Origin: Candidatus Ozemobacteraceae bacterium | Lineage (GTDB): Bacteria > Muiribacteriota > Ozemobacteria > Ozemobacterales > Ozemobacteraceae | DNA: 10,015 nt | Reading direction: 5' to 3' | Assembly: GCA_017998915.1 (NCBI GenBank) | Contig: JAGOCE010000136.1 | Location: 1 to 10,015 of the forward strand | In this document: piece after piece, positions 1 through 6,812 of the stretch | Layout of the letters: every line of letters starts with the position of its first letter | How positions within the stretch are numbered: the stretch's first letter is position 1 | Translations under genes and position numbers: made by a program | The notes under the pieces: model-generated | What the model saw: the letters and a program-made list of their open reading frames with translations, nothing else | What the model was told of the DNA's origin: nothing | Database searches by the model: none

Positions 1-1
1 G

Positions 2-391
2 ACGTGCATCGACGAAACAGCCCGCCGGCGCGAGATCCAGGATCGGTACAACAGGGAACATGGCATCGAGCCAGCCTCGATCGTGAAGAAGCTGCCGAAG
101 ATCTTTCTCCCCGGCCAGGAAGGCGGCGAACAGGGGGCAGGCGGTAAAATCGACCAGGATCGCCTTGCCGAACTGGTCAGAGAGCTCCAGGCCGAGATGG
201 ACAAGGCCGCCCGCGAGCTTCAGTTCGAGCGCGCCGCGATGATCCGTGACGAGATCATCGCCCTCCAGGACGAGCATCTCGAAGCCGATGTCCTCATGGG
301 CCTCGGAAAAGCGCTCCGCTCCGGCCGCGACAGAAGCATGGCCAAGAAACGCAACTCCCGACGCTCCCGTTCCCCGCAGAAACCGGGCTGA
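2..391 (+). CDS. uvrB: Excinuclease ABC subunit B (UvrB), C-terminal fragment including the UVR domain; 5' end lies outside the window
   Basis: Frame-2 translation from position 2 reads TCIDETARRREIQDRYNREHGIEPASIVKK..., matching the conserved UvrB C-terminus (RRRE.Q..YN.EHGITP). It is followed by a UVR-domain-like helix, ELQAEMDKAARELQFERAAMIRDEIIALQ. Stop codon at 389-391, followed by a G/C hairpin. Confidence 0.85.
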   Translation, partial: TCIDETARRREIQDRYNREHGIEPASIVKKLPKIFLPGQEGGEQGAGGKIDQDRLAELVRELQAEMDKAARELQFERAAMIRDEIIALQDEHLEADVLMGLGKALRSGRDRSMAKKRNSRRSRSPQKPG

Positions 392-408
392 TATCCCCCC
401 GAACGAAC

Positions 409-437
409 GCCGGGGCGGGTTTGAAGCCCGCCCCGGC
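409..437. terminator. Perfect 11-bp G/C stem (GCCGGGGCGGG / CCCGCCCCGGC) with a 7-nt loop, between convergent uvrB (+) and the 454..1083 (-) gene. Likely a bidirectional intrinsic terminator without a U-tract, as is common in high-GC genomes
   Basis: Inverted repeat read directly: 409-419 gccggggcggg, loop tttgaag, 427-437 cccgccccggc. It sits 18 nt after the uvrB stop and 17 nt after the minus-strand gene stop. Confidence 0.55.
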
Positions 438-453
438 GCGTGGTGTCGGGAGA

Positions 454-1083
454 TCAGCGAGTCGGTTTGAGGGGTTTGTTGAACACGTCGAAGGGAATGT
501 CTTCCTTCAGCTCGGTTCGCAGGAACGTGAGAATGTCCATCGAGAGGGAACGCATCTTCTCGCTGTCGGTCCAAAACAGCTCGAACACGACACGTTCGGC
601 CTCTTTGCGCAGAGCAGCGAGGTTCGTCGAGTGGTGGTTGATCTTCAGGTTCTCGATGTGCGAGGCGATCTTGTAAAACTCGGCGCTGATCAGCTCGGGA
701 CCTTCGGGTGAATCATCGAATCCCTTCGGGAAGTTTGGATACTTCTCGCAAAATTCTATTTCAGCCGCTATATGGCGAAACAACGCGGGTTTGTCCTCGA
801 GACCCATCCGGACAGCCAGCAAGTGAGCCGCGACAACCCGGGGATCGTCGTTCTTCTTCGCATACTGGAGCGCGGCCACGAGGTCGTTGATGCCGGCATA
901 CGCCGAGTTGATCGAGCCGCAGGTATACAGCATCTTCTTGAGAACGACCTGTTTCGTGAGCTGGTACGGATCACGATGCAGTGCCGCAAACTCGGGGGTC
1001 ACCGCCCCGGCGGGCGCCTCAAATGACAATGCGAACACCATGACGAAGATTCCGACCATCGACGCAATCGCTCGTTTACCCAT
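454..1083 (-). CDS. Hypothetical secreted protein with an N-terminal signal peptide (MGKRAIASMVGIFVMVFALSFEAPAGA). The longest ORF extends to 1149
   Basis: Minus-strand ORF with high GC3 over most of its length. The textbook n/h/c signal-peptide arrangement begins at the internal Met (ATG at 1083-1081). The 22 codons upstream of that Met have GC3 of only about 50%, versus about 74% downstream, so 1083 is the favoured start. No recognisable family. Confidence 0.55.
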   Translation of the reverse strand: MGKRAIASMVGIFVMVFALSFEAPAGAVTPEFAALHRDPYQLTKQVVLKKMLYTCGSINSAYAGINDLVAALQYAKKNDDPRVVAAHLLAVRMGLEDKPALFRHIAAEIEFCEKYPNFPKGFDDSPEGPELISAEFYKIASHIENLKINHHSTNLAALRKEAERVVFELFWTDSEKMRSLSMDILTFLRTELKEDIPFDVFNKPLKPTR

Positions 1084-1161
1084 GTATGCATTGTACACAC
1101 CAATGCCCTGATTGGCAACCCGCCCACCAATCCGTCCAAAGACGCTCATGGTCGTGAGCGC

Positions 1162-2211
1162 CTATGGCAACGGCTTGTGGGGATTCGAGGCGTGGTCGAC
1201 GAGACGATCGAGTTCGGAACGGAGTTTTCGGAGTTCCTCGACGCGCCCGTTGAGAACGAGATACTGGAAATTCGGGTTTCGGAAGATTTCCATCTTCCGG
1301 AAATCCGGCTCGAGAAACCACCCTTCCGTCAGACGCTGGATCAACATGTTTGCAGGAGCAATCAGAAGAGCGACCGCAAAAGAAGGAAGAATCTGGGCCC
1401 ACCAGGAAGTTTCGTCGATATACTTCTGAAGATCGTTCTGGAGAATGTTTTCGACAGTTTTATACAGAGCCGCCGTTCCCAGGGTCAACAGCATGTAATA
1501 CACTCCGGTGCCGATGACCACGTCGATATCGATCAGCTTGAATCGCATCGTGGCGTACACCACGATGATCATGAACGCGAGAGTCGCCAACTCGACGATC
1601 GGGAACTCGAACACCCAGAAGATCTGATGCCTCAACAGCATGTCGTGAAGGGCGCACAGGCAGTAAAATGCTTCGCCGAGCAGGATGAACTCCACCCTGC
1701 GGCGCATCATCTCGTCCTCGTGCGTCAGGCGCGCTTTGACGAGCCGGTATGCAATCCGTATCAGGAGCACGCCCATGACGAAGGCATACGCCTTCATGAG
1801 CGGCCCGCCGATCGCCAGCGGGCCGTCGGGCGTCATTTCGAGTCCCGATCGGAAAATCATCTCGGTCGGCAATGCCGCGAGGAACACGGCGGTCGCAGCC
1901 CATGCGAGCCCCCGCGTCCTCTTGTTCGCGTATCTGCCTTCGAGAACGGCATCTGGAAACTCGGCCAGCAAGGGAATCAGCAGGATCGTGCCTATCCATC
2001 CGGCTCGCACGAACCAGATCGTCGGCAGAACAAAAAACAGCACCTGGAAGACGTTGTACAGCATCGATGCCGTCGCGATGCCCGCAATGACGCGGTTAAC
2101 CGGCTGGTGTCGAGCCCGCGCCAGGACGAACCAGGCCACGAGCCCCGAAATGCCGGCCGAGATCATCGACGTGGCCAAGCGCAGGGTGGGTGTCAGCACG
2201 ATATCTTCCAT
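1162..2211 (-). CDS. Polytopic inner-membrane protein with about 8-9 predicted TM helices and an approximately 70-aa charged, coiled-coil-like cytoplasmic tail. Function unknown, possibly a sensor or transporter-like protein
   Basis: ORF 1162..2307. The preferred start is Met33 (MEDIVLTPTL...), preceded by GGAGG 7 nt upstream (reverse complement of 2212-2225: ggaggaatggcATG). There are multiple hydrophobic segments of about 20 aa each. The tail reads ...RVEELRKLRSELDRLVDHASNPHKPLP. The + strand antisense ORF 1177..2370 translates to a low-complexity D/E/H/R-rich sequence and is rejected. Confidence 0.75.
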   Translation of the reverse strand: MEDIVLTPTLRLATSMISAGISGLVAWFVLARARHQPVNRVIAGIATASMLYNVFQVLFFVLPTIWFVRAGWIGTILLIPLLAEFPDAVLEGRYANKRTRGLAWAATAVFLAALPTEMIFRSGLEMTPDGPLAIGGPLMKAYAFVMGVLLIRIAYRLVKARLTHEDEMMRRRVEFILLGEAFYCLCALHDMLLRHQIFWVFEFPIVELATLAFMIIVVYATMRFKLIDIDVVIGTGVYYMLLTLGTAALYKTVENILQNDLQKYIDETSWWAQILPSFAVALLIAPANMLIQRLTEGWFLEPDFRKMEIFRNPNFQYLVLNGRVEELRKLRSELDRLVDHASNPHKPLP

Positions 2212-2295
2212 GCCATTCCTCCGGGCCCATCTAAGCACGAGTGGCTCTCTCCGTGCAACAAGACGGATACGGTTCGGCACCGATTTTTCCGGGGC

Positions 2296-2324
2296 TTGCC
2301 AAGGCATACGACATGTGGTATGTT
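2296..2324 (+). promoter_or_regulatory. Candidate sigma70-type promoter, TTGCCA-17 bp-TATGTT, with a second TTGACA hexamer at 2341-2346. Predicted transcription start near 2331
   Basis: Read directly: 2296-2301 ttgcca, 17-bp spacer, 2319-2324 tatgtt. It lies in an approximately 330-bp region of lower GC between divergent genes. Confidence 0.35.
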
Positions 2325-2565
2325 TCTAGTAGAGGCTGGTTTGACAATCATGTCCCTGCGCTGTCCGTGATGATGCAGGTTTAATTGAGCCGACACCTGT
2401 ATCTAGAGGGAATCTGTCTTCAACCCCCGCTGAGATCCCCTTACGAACAGGATCACTCCTGTTACGAAGACCTCATTGTGAGGCTGAGCAGACAACCGTT
2501 TACCGCGAGGTTAGGGTTCAATTGTCCTTCACACGGCAGAGGCGGGGGCCTACCCGCACCTCAAC

Positions 2566-2601
2566 GAAGCCGCCGGTAGTTTTCCGGCGGCTTCGTCTTT
2601 T
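2566..2601 (+). terminator. Rho-independent terminator on the + strand. Perfect 11-bp stem GAAGCCGCCGG / CCGGCGGCTTC, loop tagtttt, then GTCTTTT
   Basis: Inverted repeat 2566-2576 / 2584-2594 followed by the T-rich tract 2595-2601. On the opposite strand the hairpin is not followed by a T-run, so it is orientated for + strand transcripts, 40-90 nt upstream of the next + ORF. Confidence 0.6.
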
Positions 2602-2643
2602 CCCACGGTCCATGGCTCCCGAGGCGCGAGATACCGGTAATTT

Positions 2644-3747
2644 TTGTTCTGGGTGTTGCCTTTCGCCGTCCAGGTGGGTATATTTACCCCCATCATGAAG
2701 GCACGCCCTCTTCTCATCGCATCCGAAACGCTCAAAGCCGCCGATCTCATTGCTCCGCCCTTCGGACTCGAGCCCGAAGAGTTCATGCTGACCAGACTCG
2801 AGTCTCTGAATGTGATGGGGTTTGCGCGTTTCGCCGCCGTCGTGATTCATGAACCGCCTGCCGACCTGTTTCGCAGGTTGTCCCTCGGACTCCGCGACCG
2901 CCCTGATGCTGAAGCGCTCTGGTCACTTATTTCGCAGGCTCGATCCGTACCAGTTTACGTGCTGTCAGCCAAGATAGAGCGCCCCCCCACGGAACTTTCC
3001 GATCTCGGCATCGGTACAACCTTGCCCCAGCGACTTCGCGAACTGTGCGCCACGCCCGCAGCCTTCGCGCTTGACGGTTCCGGACCTTCGGTTTCCGCCG
3101 CTTCTTTGCTGACCGCCGATGATGTACGGGCCATGCATCTGAAGGGTGTGAAGACGCTCGACGAGAACACCCCGATGACCGACTGGGCCAGGGAAACGGC
3201 GACCGCGCTCGGCATCAGGCTCACGCCGGCAGCTTCCCGCCGCGTTCTGATTCCCGTCGAAGCCCGGGGCGTCAGGCACCTGGCGAGCTTCGGCGAGCTT
3301 TTGCACGGTTTCGCATCGTTCCCGCTCGCGCCGCTGTTCGTCGTTGCGGAGCCCCTCATGCCGGCGTTCAACGAGCTTTTCCCGTCGCTGCGCGGCAGGC
3401 TCGTCGCGCCAAGCATCCACTGGGAGAAACAGGGCGCCTTCACGGGTGAAATATCACTTGCTATGGCGCTCGATCTCGGGTGCGAGGGTGCGATCGTCCC
3501 CGATCTGCCGGCGTATGCTGAGCCGAAGCGATTCGCGCAGTTGTGCGCCGCCGCGGCTGGAAAGCAGTTTTCGCTTTATGTGCCCTCCCCCCTTGCCGCC
3601 CGGGATTGTTGTGCTATAATTGGCAACCGGATCTTCCGGCTCACGGATGGCCGGGGCCGCTCCGCATCGGAGCTGCCGAAAGACGGAGCCCTCATCATGA
3701 AGGGCTGCGAACTCGAGAAGATTGTCCAGGAAAGGAACAAGCCGTGA
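2644..3747 (+). CDS. Hypothetical protein whose C-terminal half carries a degenerate triosephosphate isomerase (TIM)-like segment. Possibly a decaying or pseudogenised TIM-family gene of the BMC locus. The start is uncertain (TTG 2644 or ATG 2695)
   Basis: Residues about 199-285 (nt 3238-3498) read RRVLIPVEARG...APLFVVAEPLMPAFNELFPSL...VAPSIHWEKQGAFTGEISLAMALDLGCEGAIV. This is co-linear with the TIM N-terminal region (KFFVGGNWKMNG...VVCAPP.AY...GAQN..K..GAFTGEIS..ML.D.G...V.LGHSERR). However, the catalytic N/K (GNWK) and H (GHSERR) positions are replaced (PVEA; PDLPAY) and the protein ends well short of a full barrel. GC3 is about 80% in the middle of the ORF but only about 65% at both ends, versus about 80% in neighbouring genes. 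A consensus extended -10 promoter lies inside the last 150 nt. The stop overlaps the pduL GTG start (GTGA). Confidence 0.4.
   Translation: MFWVLPFAVQVGIFTPIMKARPLLIASETLKAADLIAPPFGLEPEEFMLTRLESLNVMGFARFAAVVIHEPPADLFRRLSLGLRDRPDAEALWSLISQARSVPVYVLSAKIERPPTELSDLGIGTTLPQRLRELCATPAAFALDGSGPSVSAASLLTADDVRAMHLKGVKTLDENTPMTDWARETATALGIRLTPAASRRVLIPVEARGVRHLASFGELLHGFASFPLAPLFVVAEPLMPAFNELFPSLRGRLVAPSIHWEKQGAFTGEISLAMALDLGCEGAIVPDLPAYAEPKRFAQLCAAAAGKQFSLYVPSPLAARDCCAIIGNRIFRLTDGRGRSASELPKDGALIMKGCELEKIVQERNKP
3593..3620 (+). promoter_or_regulatory. Near-consensus sigma70 promoter, TTGCCG-16 bp-TGcTATAAT (extended -10). It probably drives the BMC operon from about 3627, giving an approximately 117-nt leader before pduL
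   Basis: Read directly: 3593-3598 ttgccg; 3612-3620 tgctataat (TGnTATAAT). The region is locally AT-enriched within otherwise 65% GC DNA. Confidence 0.5.
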
Positions 3748-4388
3748 TCGACGAAGCCAATGTCAAGACCATCGTAGCCGAAGTGCTCAAGCACATCGAT
3801 CTCCAGGAACGCATCCGCCCCGGAACCGTTCCAGCCGGCGTCAGCGGCCGCCACATCCACGTCTCCCAGGCCGATCTCGAAACCCTGTTCGGGGCCGGGT
3901 ATCAGCTCAAGGAAATGAAGAAGCTTTCCCAGCCCGGCCAGTTCGCGGCTGAAGAGTGCGTCATGCTCGTCGGCCGCAAGGGTGTCATCGAGAAGTGCCG
4001 CATCCTCGGGCCGGTCCGGCCGGCGACGCAGATCGAGATTTCCGGCACCGACAGCTTCACGCTCGGCGTGCCGATCGTCTATCGCGACTCGGGCGACACC
4101 AAGGGGACCCCCGGCGTCATCGTCGTCGGCCCAAAGGGCCACGTGGTATTGAAAGAAGGCATCATCGTCGCCAACCGCCACGTGCACCTCAGCACGAAGG
4201 AAGCCGAGAAGATGGGCCTGAAGGACATGGACCGGGTCACGGTCAAGACACAGGGTCCGCGCGCGATCGCGTTCCAGAACGTTCTGGTGCGCGTCAGCGA
4301 CAAGTTCGCCGCCGATTTCCACGTCGACAACGACGAGGGGAACGCCGCCGGCCTCAAAACGGGTGATATGGTCGAGATCGTCCGCTGA
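3744..4388 (+). CDS. pduL: PduL-type phosphotransacylase (phosphate acyltransferase, EutD/PduL family) with an N-terminal encapsulation-peptide-like amphipathic helix
   Basis: Two PduL repeat signatures: ...VSGRHIHVSQADLETLFG... and ...VANRHVHLSTKEAEKMGL.... The GTG start at 3744 is preceded by AGGAA (3731-3735) and overlaps the upstream TGA. The N-terminus, VIDEANVKTIVAEVLKHIDLQE, resembles BMC encapsulation peptides. Length of about 214 aa is typical for PduL. Confidence 0.88.
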   Translation: MIDEANVKTIVAEVLKHIDLQERIRPGTVPAGVSGRHIHVSQADLETLFGAGYQLKEMKKLSQPGQFAAEECVMLVGRKGVIEKCRILGPVRPATQIEISGTDSFTLGVPIVYRDSGDTKGTPGVIVVGPKGHVVLKEGIIVANRHVHLSTKEAEKMGLKDMDRVTVKTQGPRAIAFQNVLVRVSDKFAADFHVDNDEGNAAGLKTGDMVEIVR

Positions 4389-4466
4389 TCACGACCACCA
4401 CATAGGTTTTAGGTTTTTCGACACACGGTACACATTTCTGACAAGCCAAAATCTCAGGAGGACGTC

Positions 4467-4763
4467 ATGCAGGAAGCTCTGGGTATGATCGAAACCAAAG
4501 GTCTGACCGCTCTTATCGAAGCCACCGACGCGATGGTCAAAGCCGCCAACGTGAAGCTCGTCGGCTGGGAAAAAATCGGTTCCGGGTATGTGACCGCCTT
4601 CGTGCGCGGTGATGTCGCCGCCGTCAAAGCCGCCACCGACGCCGGTGCCGCCGCCGCCAAGAAGATCGGCGAGCTGATCTGCGTCCACGTGATTCCGCGG
4701 CCGCACGGCAACCTCGATGAGGTCATGCCGATCCGCGACAACACCCAGACCTCCAAGAAGTAA
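4467..4763 (+). CDS. BMC-H hexameric shell protein (Pfam00936; PduA/CcmK/EutM-like)
   Basis: The N-terminus, [33 protein letters not shown], is near-identical in pattern to PduA/EutM. AGGAGGA RBS at 4455-4461. 98 aa. Confidence 0.95.
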   Translation: MQEALGMIETKGLTALIEATDAMVKAANVKLVGWEKIGSGYVTAFVRGDVAAVKAATDAGAAAAKKIGELICVHVIPRPHGNLDEVMPIRDNTQTSKK

Positions 4764-4783
4764 TCCGGGGAAATCGTCGAGTC

Positions 4784-5065
4784 ATGAATCTCGGTCGAGT
4801 CTGCGGAACCGTCGTCTGCACGCGAAAAGAAGAGCGGCTCAACGGCATGAAGTTTCTGATCGTCGAGGAACTGACGATCGAGCGCAAGCCGACGGGCCAC
4901 TTCGTCGTCGCCGTGGACGCGGTCAGCGCCGGAGCGGGCGAAACCGTACTGCTGGTCAGCGGCAGCTCGGCTCGCCTCACCGAGCGCACCCTGAACTGCC
5001 CGGTCGACGCAGCCGTCGCGGCCATCGTCGATTCGGTCGTGATGGACCACGAACGCACGACCTGA
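4784..5065 (+). CDS. BMC-P pentameric vertex protein (Pfam03319; EutN/PduN/CcmL-like)
   Basis: MNLGRVCGTVVCTRKEERLNGMKFLIVEEL... matches the EutN/PduN N-terminal pattern (M.IARVIGTVVST.K...L.G.KLL.V). 93 aa. Lies 20 bp downstream of the BMC-H gene. Confidence 0.9.
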   Translation: MNLGRVCGTVVCTRKEERLNGMKFLIVEELTIERKPTGHFVVAVDAVSAGAGETVLLVSGSSARLTERTLNCPVDAAVAAIVDSVVMDHERTT

Positions 5066-5092
5066 CCCCCGGCGGACTCCTTTGATCGATCT

Positions 5093-5129
5093 CCCGGCCC
5101 CGCGCATCGTTTTTCGCGCAGGGGCCGGG
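5093..5129 (+). other. Intercistronic G/C-rich stem-loop (CCGGCCCCGCGC / GCGCAGGGGCCGG) with a T-rich loop, between the BMC-P and aldehyde dehydrogenase genes. Possible partial terminator or RNA-processing element
   Basis: Imperfect inverted repeat read directly. No downstream U-tract. Confidence 0.3.
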
Positions 5130-5184
5130 GGTCGTGTGGTCCGCCGGCCATACAGACAGCAAGCCTCACGGCACGGGGGAACGA

Positions 5185-6603
5185 ATGTCCATTTCTCGTG
5201 ATGAGCTGGGCGTCATCGTCCAGGAAGTCCTCAGGAACCTGAAAGCATCCGGCACGGTCGCCACCGCCGTCACGCGGGCGGCGGAGCCTTCGGGCAAAGG
5301 CGTCTTTGAAAATATAGAAGACGCTATTAAGTCAGCCGTCGACGCCCAGAAGAAGCTCGTCGAGCTTCCGGTCGCCCTGCGCAAAAAGATGATCTCGAAC
5401 ATGCGCAGCCGCTGCCTCGCGAAGCTCGAGGAGCTCGCCCGCCTCGGCGTCGAGGACACCGGCTACGGCCGCGTCGATGACAAGCTCCAGAAAAACCGGC
5501 TCGCCATCACGAAGACACCCGGCATCGAAGATCTCCAGCCCGTGTCGTATTCGGGAGACGACGGTCTGACGCTCGTCGAACAGGCCCCTTACGGTGTCAT
5601 CGGGGCCATCACCCCCTCGACCAACCCGTCCGAGACGATCATCTGCAACTCGATCGGCATGATCGCGGCCGGCAACGCCGTCGTGTTCGGCCCCCACCCC
5701 GGCGCAGCGAAGATCAGCCGATTCACCGTCGAACTGCTGAACGAAGCCGTCATCGAGGCGGGCGGACCCGCCAATCTGATGACGATGGCCTCGAAGCCGA
5801 GCATCGAGAACGCGCAGATCCTGATGACCCACCCGTCGATCCGGCTGCTGGTCGTGACCGGCGGCCCCGCCGTGGTCGCCGCCGCCGCCAAGTGCGGCAA
5901 GAAATACATCGCCGCCGGTCCGGGCAACCCGCCCGCCGTCGTCGACGAGACGGCCGACCTGAAAAAAGCCGCGCGCGATATTATATCCGGCGCCACACTC
6001 GACAACAACGTGCTCTGCATCGCCGAGAAGGAAATCATCGTCGTCGAGTCGGTCGCCGAGGAGCTGAAGCGGCATCTGCGCAACAGCGGGGCCTACGAGG
6101 CGTCGGCGCGAGAGATCATCCAGCTCGAGAAGCTGGTGATCGACCCGAAGACAGGCGGCCCGAACCGCAAGTTCGTCGGCAAGAACGCCGGCTACATCCT
6201 CGAGCAGATCGGCGTGCGCGTCCCCGATGACATCCGCATGGTGTTGTGCGAAACGGGCCCCGACCACCCCTTCGTCGTCGAAGAGTTGTTGATGCCGGTC
6301 ATCCCGCTGGTGCGCGTGCGCGACGTGAACGCCGCCATCGATCTGGCCGTCAAGGTCGAGCACGGCAACAATCACACCGCCGTGATGCACAGCCGCAATA
6401 TCGACAACCTTCATCGCATGGCTGTTCGGTGCAACTGCTCGATCTTCGTGAAGAACGGCCCGAGCTATGCCGGCCTGGGAATGGGCGGCGAGGGCTATAC
6501 AACCTTCACGATCGCCTCCCCCACCGGCGAAGGCCTGACCAGCGCCCGCACCTTCACACGCCAGCGTCGCTGCGTCATCGTCGACAGCTTCCGAATCGTT
6601 TGA
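5185..6603 (+). CDS. CoA-acylating aldehyde dehydrogenase (PduP/EutE family) with an N-terminal encapsulation peptide
   Basis: The N-terminus, MSISRDELGVIVQEVLRNLKASG, is amphipathic and encapsulation-peptide-like, followed by a linker. The core motifs CNSIGMIAAGNAVVFGPHP and ...TLDNNVLCIAEKE (catalytic Cys) match EutE/PduP. RBS GGGGGAA before the ATG at 5185. ORF track start 5134 is in frame, but 5185 fits the RBS and the encapsulation-peptide pattern. Confidence 0.92.
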   Translation: MSISRDELGVIVQEVLRNLKASGTVATAVTRAAEPSGKGVFENIEDAIKSAVDAQKKLVELPVALRKKMISNMRSRCLAKLEELARLGVEDTGYGRVDDKLQKNRLAITKTPGIEDLQPVSYSGDDGLTLVEQAPYGVIGAITPSTNPSETIICNSIGMIAAGNAVVFGPHPGAAKISRFTVELLNEAVIEAGGPANLMTMASKPSIENAQILMTHPSIRLLVVTGGPAVVAAAAKCGKKYIAAGPGNPPAVVDETADLKKAARDIISGATLDNNVLCIAEKEIIVVESVAEELKRHLRNSGAYEASAREIIQLEKLVIDPKTGGPNRKFVGKNAGYILEQIGVRVPDDIRMVLCETGPDHPFVVEELLMPVIPLVRVRDVNAAIDLAVKVEHGNNHTAVMHSRNIDNLHRMAVRCNCSIFVKNGPSYAGLGMGGEGYTTFTIASPTGEGLTSARTFTRQRRCVIVDSFRIV

Positions 6604-6610
6604 GACAACA

Positions 6611-6762
6611 CACCACAGAGTCACAGAGACACAGAGGCCCTATTTCTCTCAATCCTGTAGCTCCGCGGTGAATATGATGAAAATCGCAAGATTTACAGCA
6701 GTTCGATCTTTGTATCCTTGTGGTGAATGATCTCTGTGTCTCTTTGCCTCTGTGGTAAACCA
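6611..6762. repeat. Long-range inverted repeat spanning the aldDH-pduS intergenic region: CCACAGAGTCACAGAGACACAGAG (6611-6634) pairs with CTCTGTGTCTCTTTGCCTCTGTGG (6738-6761). It encloses an AT-richer core with promoter-like TTTACA-15 bp-TGTATCCT
   Basis: 22 of 24 positions are complementary between the arms. The right arm contains the motif CTCTGTGTC-n7-CCTCTGTGGTAAA, which is repeated at 8859-8888. Confidence 0.5.
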
Positions 6763-6812
6763 GGGGAAACTCTCACGGACGATTATTGAATACTTCGAAA
6801 CGGATCAGGAAC

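Noticed and set aside
1177-2370. 397-aa + strand ORF overlapping the membrane protein gene
   Set aside because: The translation is D/E/H/R/Q-rich with no hydrophobic core or motifs. The minus-strand frame gives regular TM helices and has a GGAGG RBS.
2385-2579. 64-aa + strand ORF (TTG start) in the leader region
   Set aside because: Poor GC3, a TTG start without an RBS, and a stop inside the terminator loop. More likely to be part of a noncoding leader or sRNA.
3620-3640. TGGCAA-n5-TCTT resembling the -24 half of a sigma54 promoter
   Set aside because: The -12 element is TCTT rather than TTGC, and the sequence directly abuts the TATAAT box. Attributed to chance.
3576-4322. 248-aa minus-strand ORF, and ORFs 3722..3952 and 3956..4366 (+), overlapping pduL
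   Set aside because: Antisense or off-frame artefacts with R/P/G/H-rich low-complexity products. The pduL frame carries both RHxH repeat signatures.
4454-5169. Minus-strand ORFs 4454..5107 and 4723..5169 across the BMC-H and BMC-P genes
   Set aside because: Antisense to two strongly conserved shell-protein genes. No independent support.
5332-6624. 430-aa minus-strand ORF antisense to the aldehyde dehydrogenase gene, plus nested ORFs 5589..6083 (-) and 5892..6230 / 6246..6671 (+)
   Set aside because: Low-complexity G/A/D/R-rich translations typical of stop-codon-poor antisense frames in 65% GC DNA. The + strand frame has clear EutE/PduP homology.
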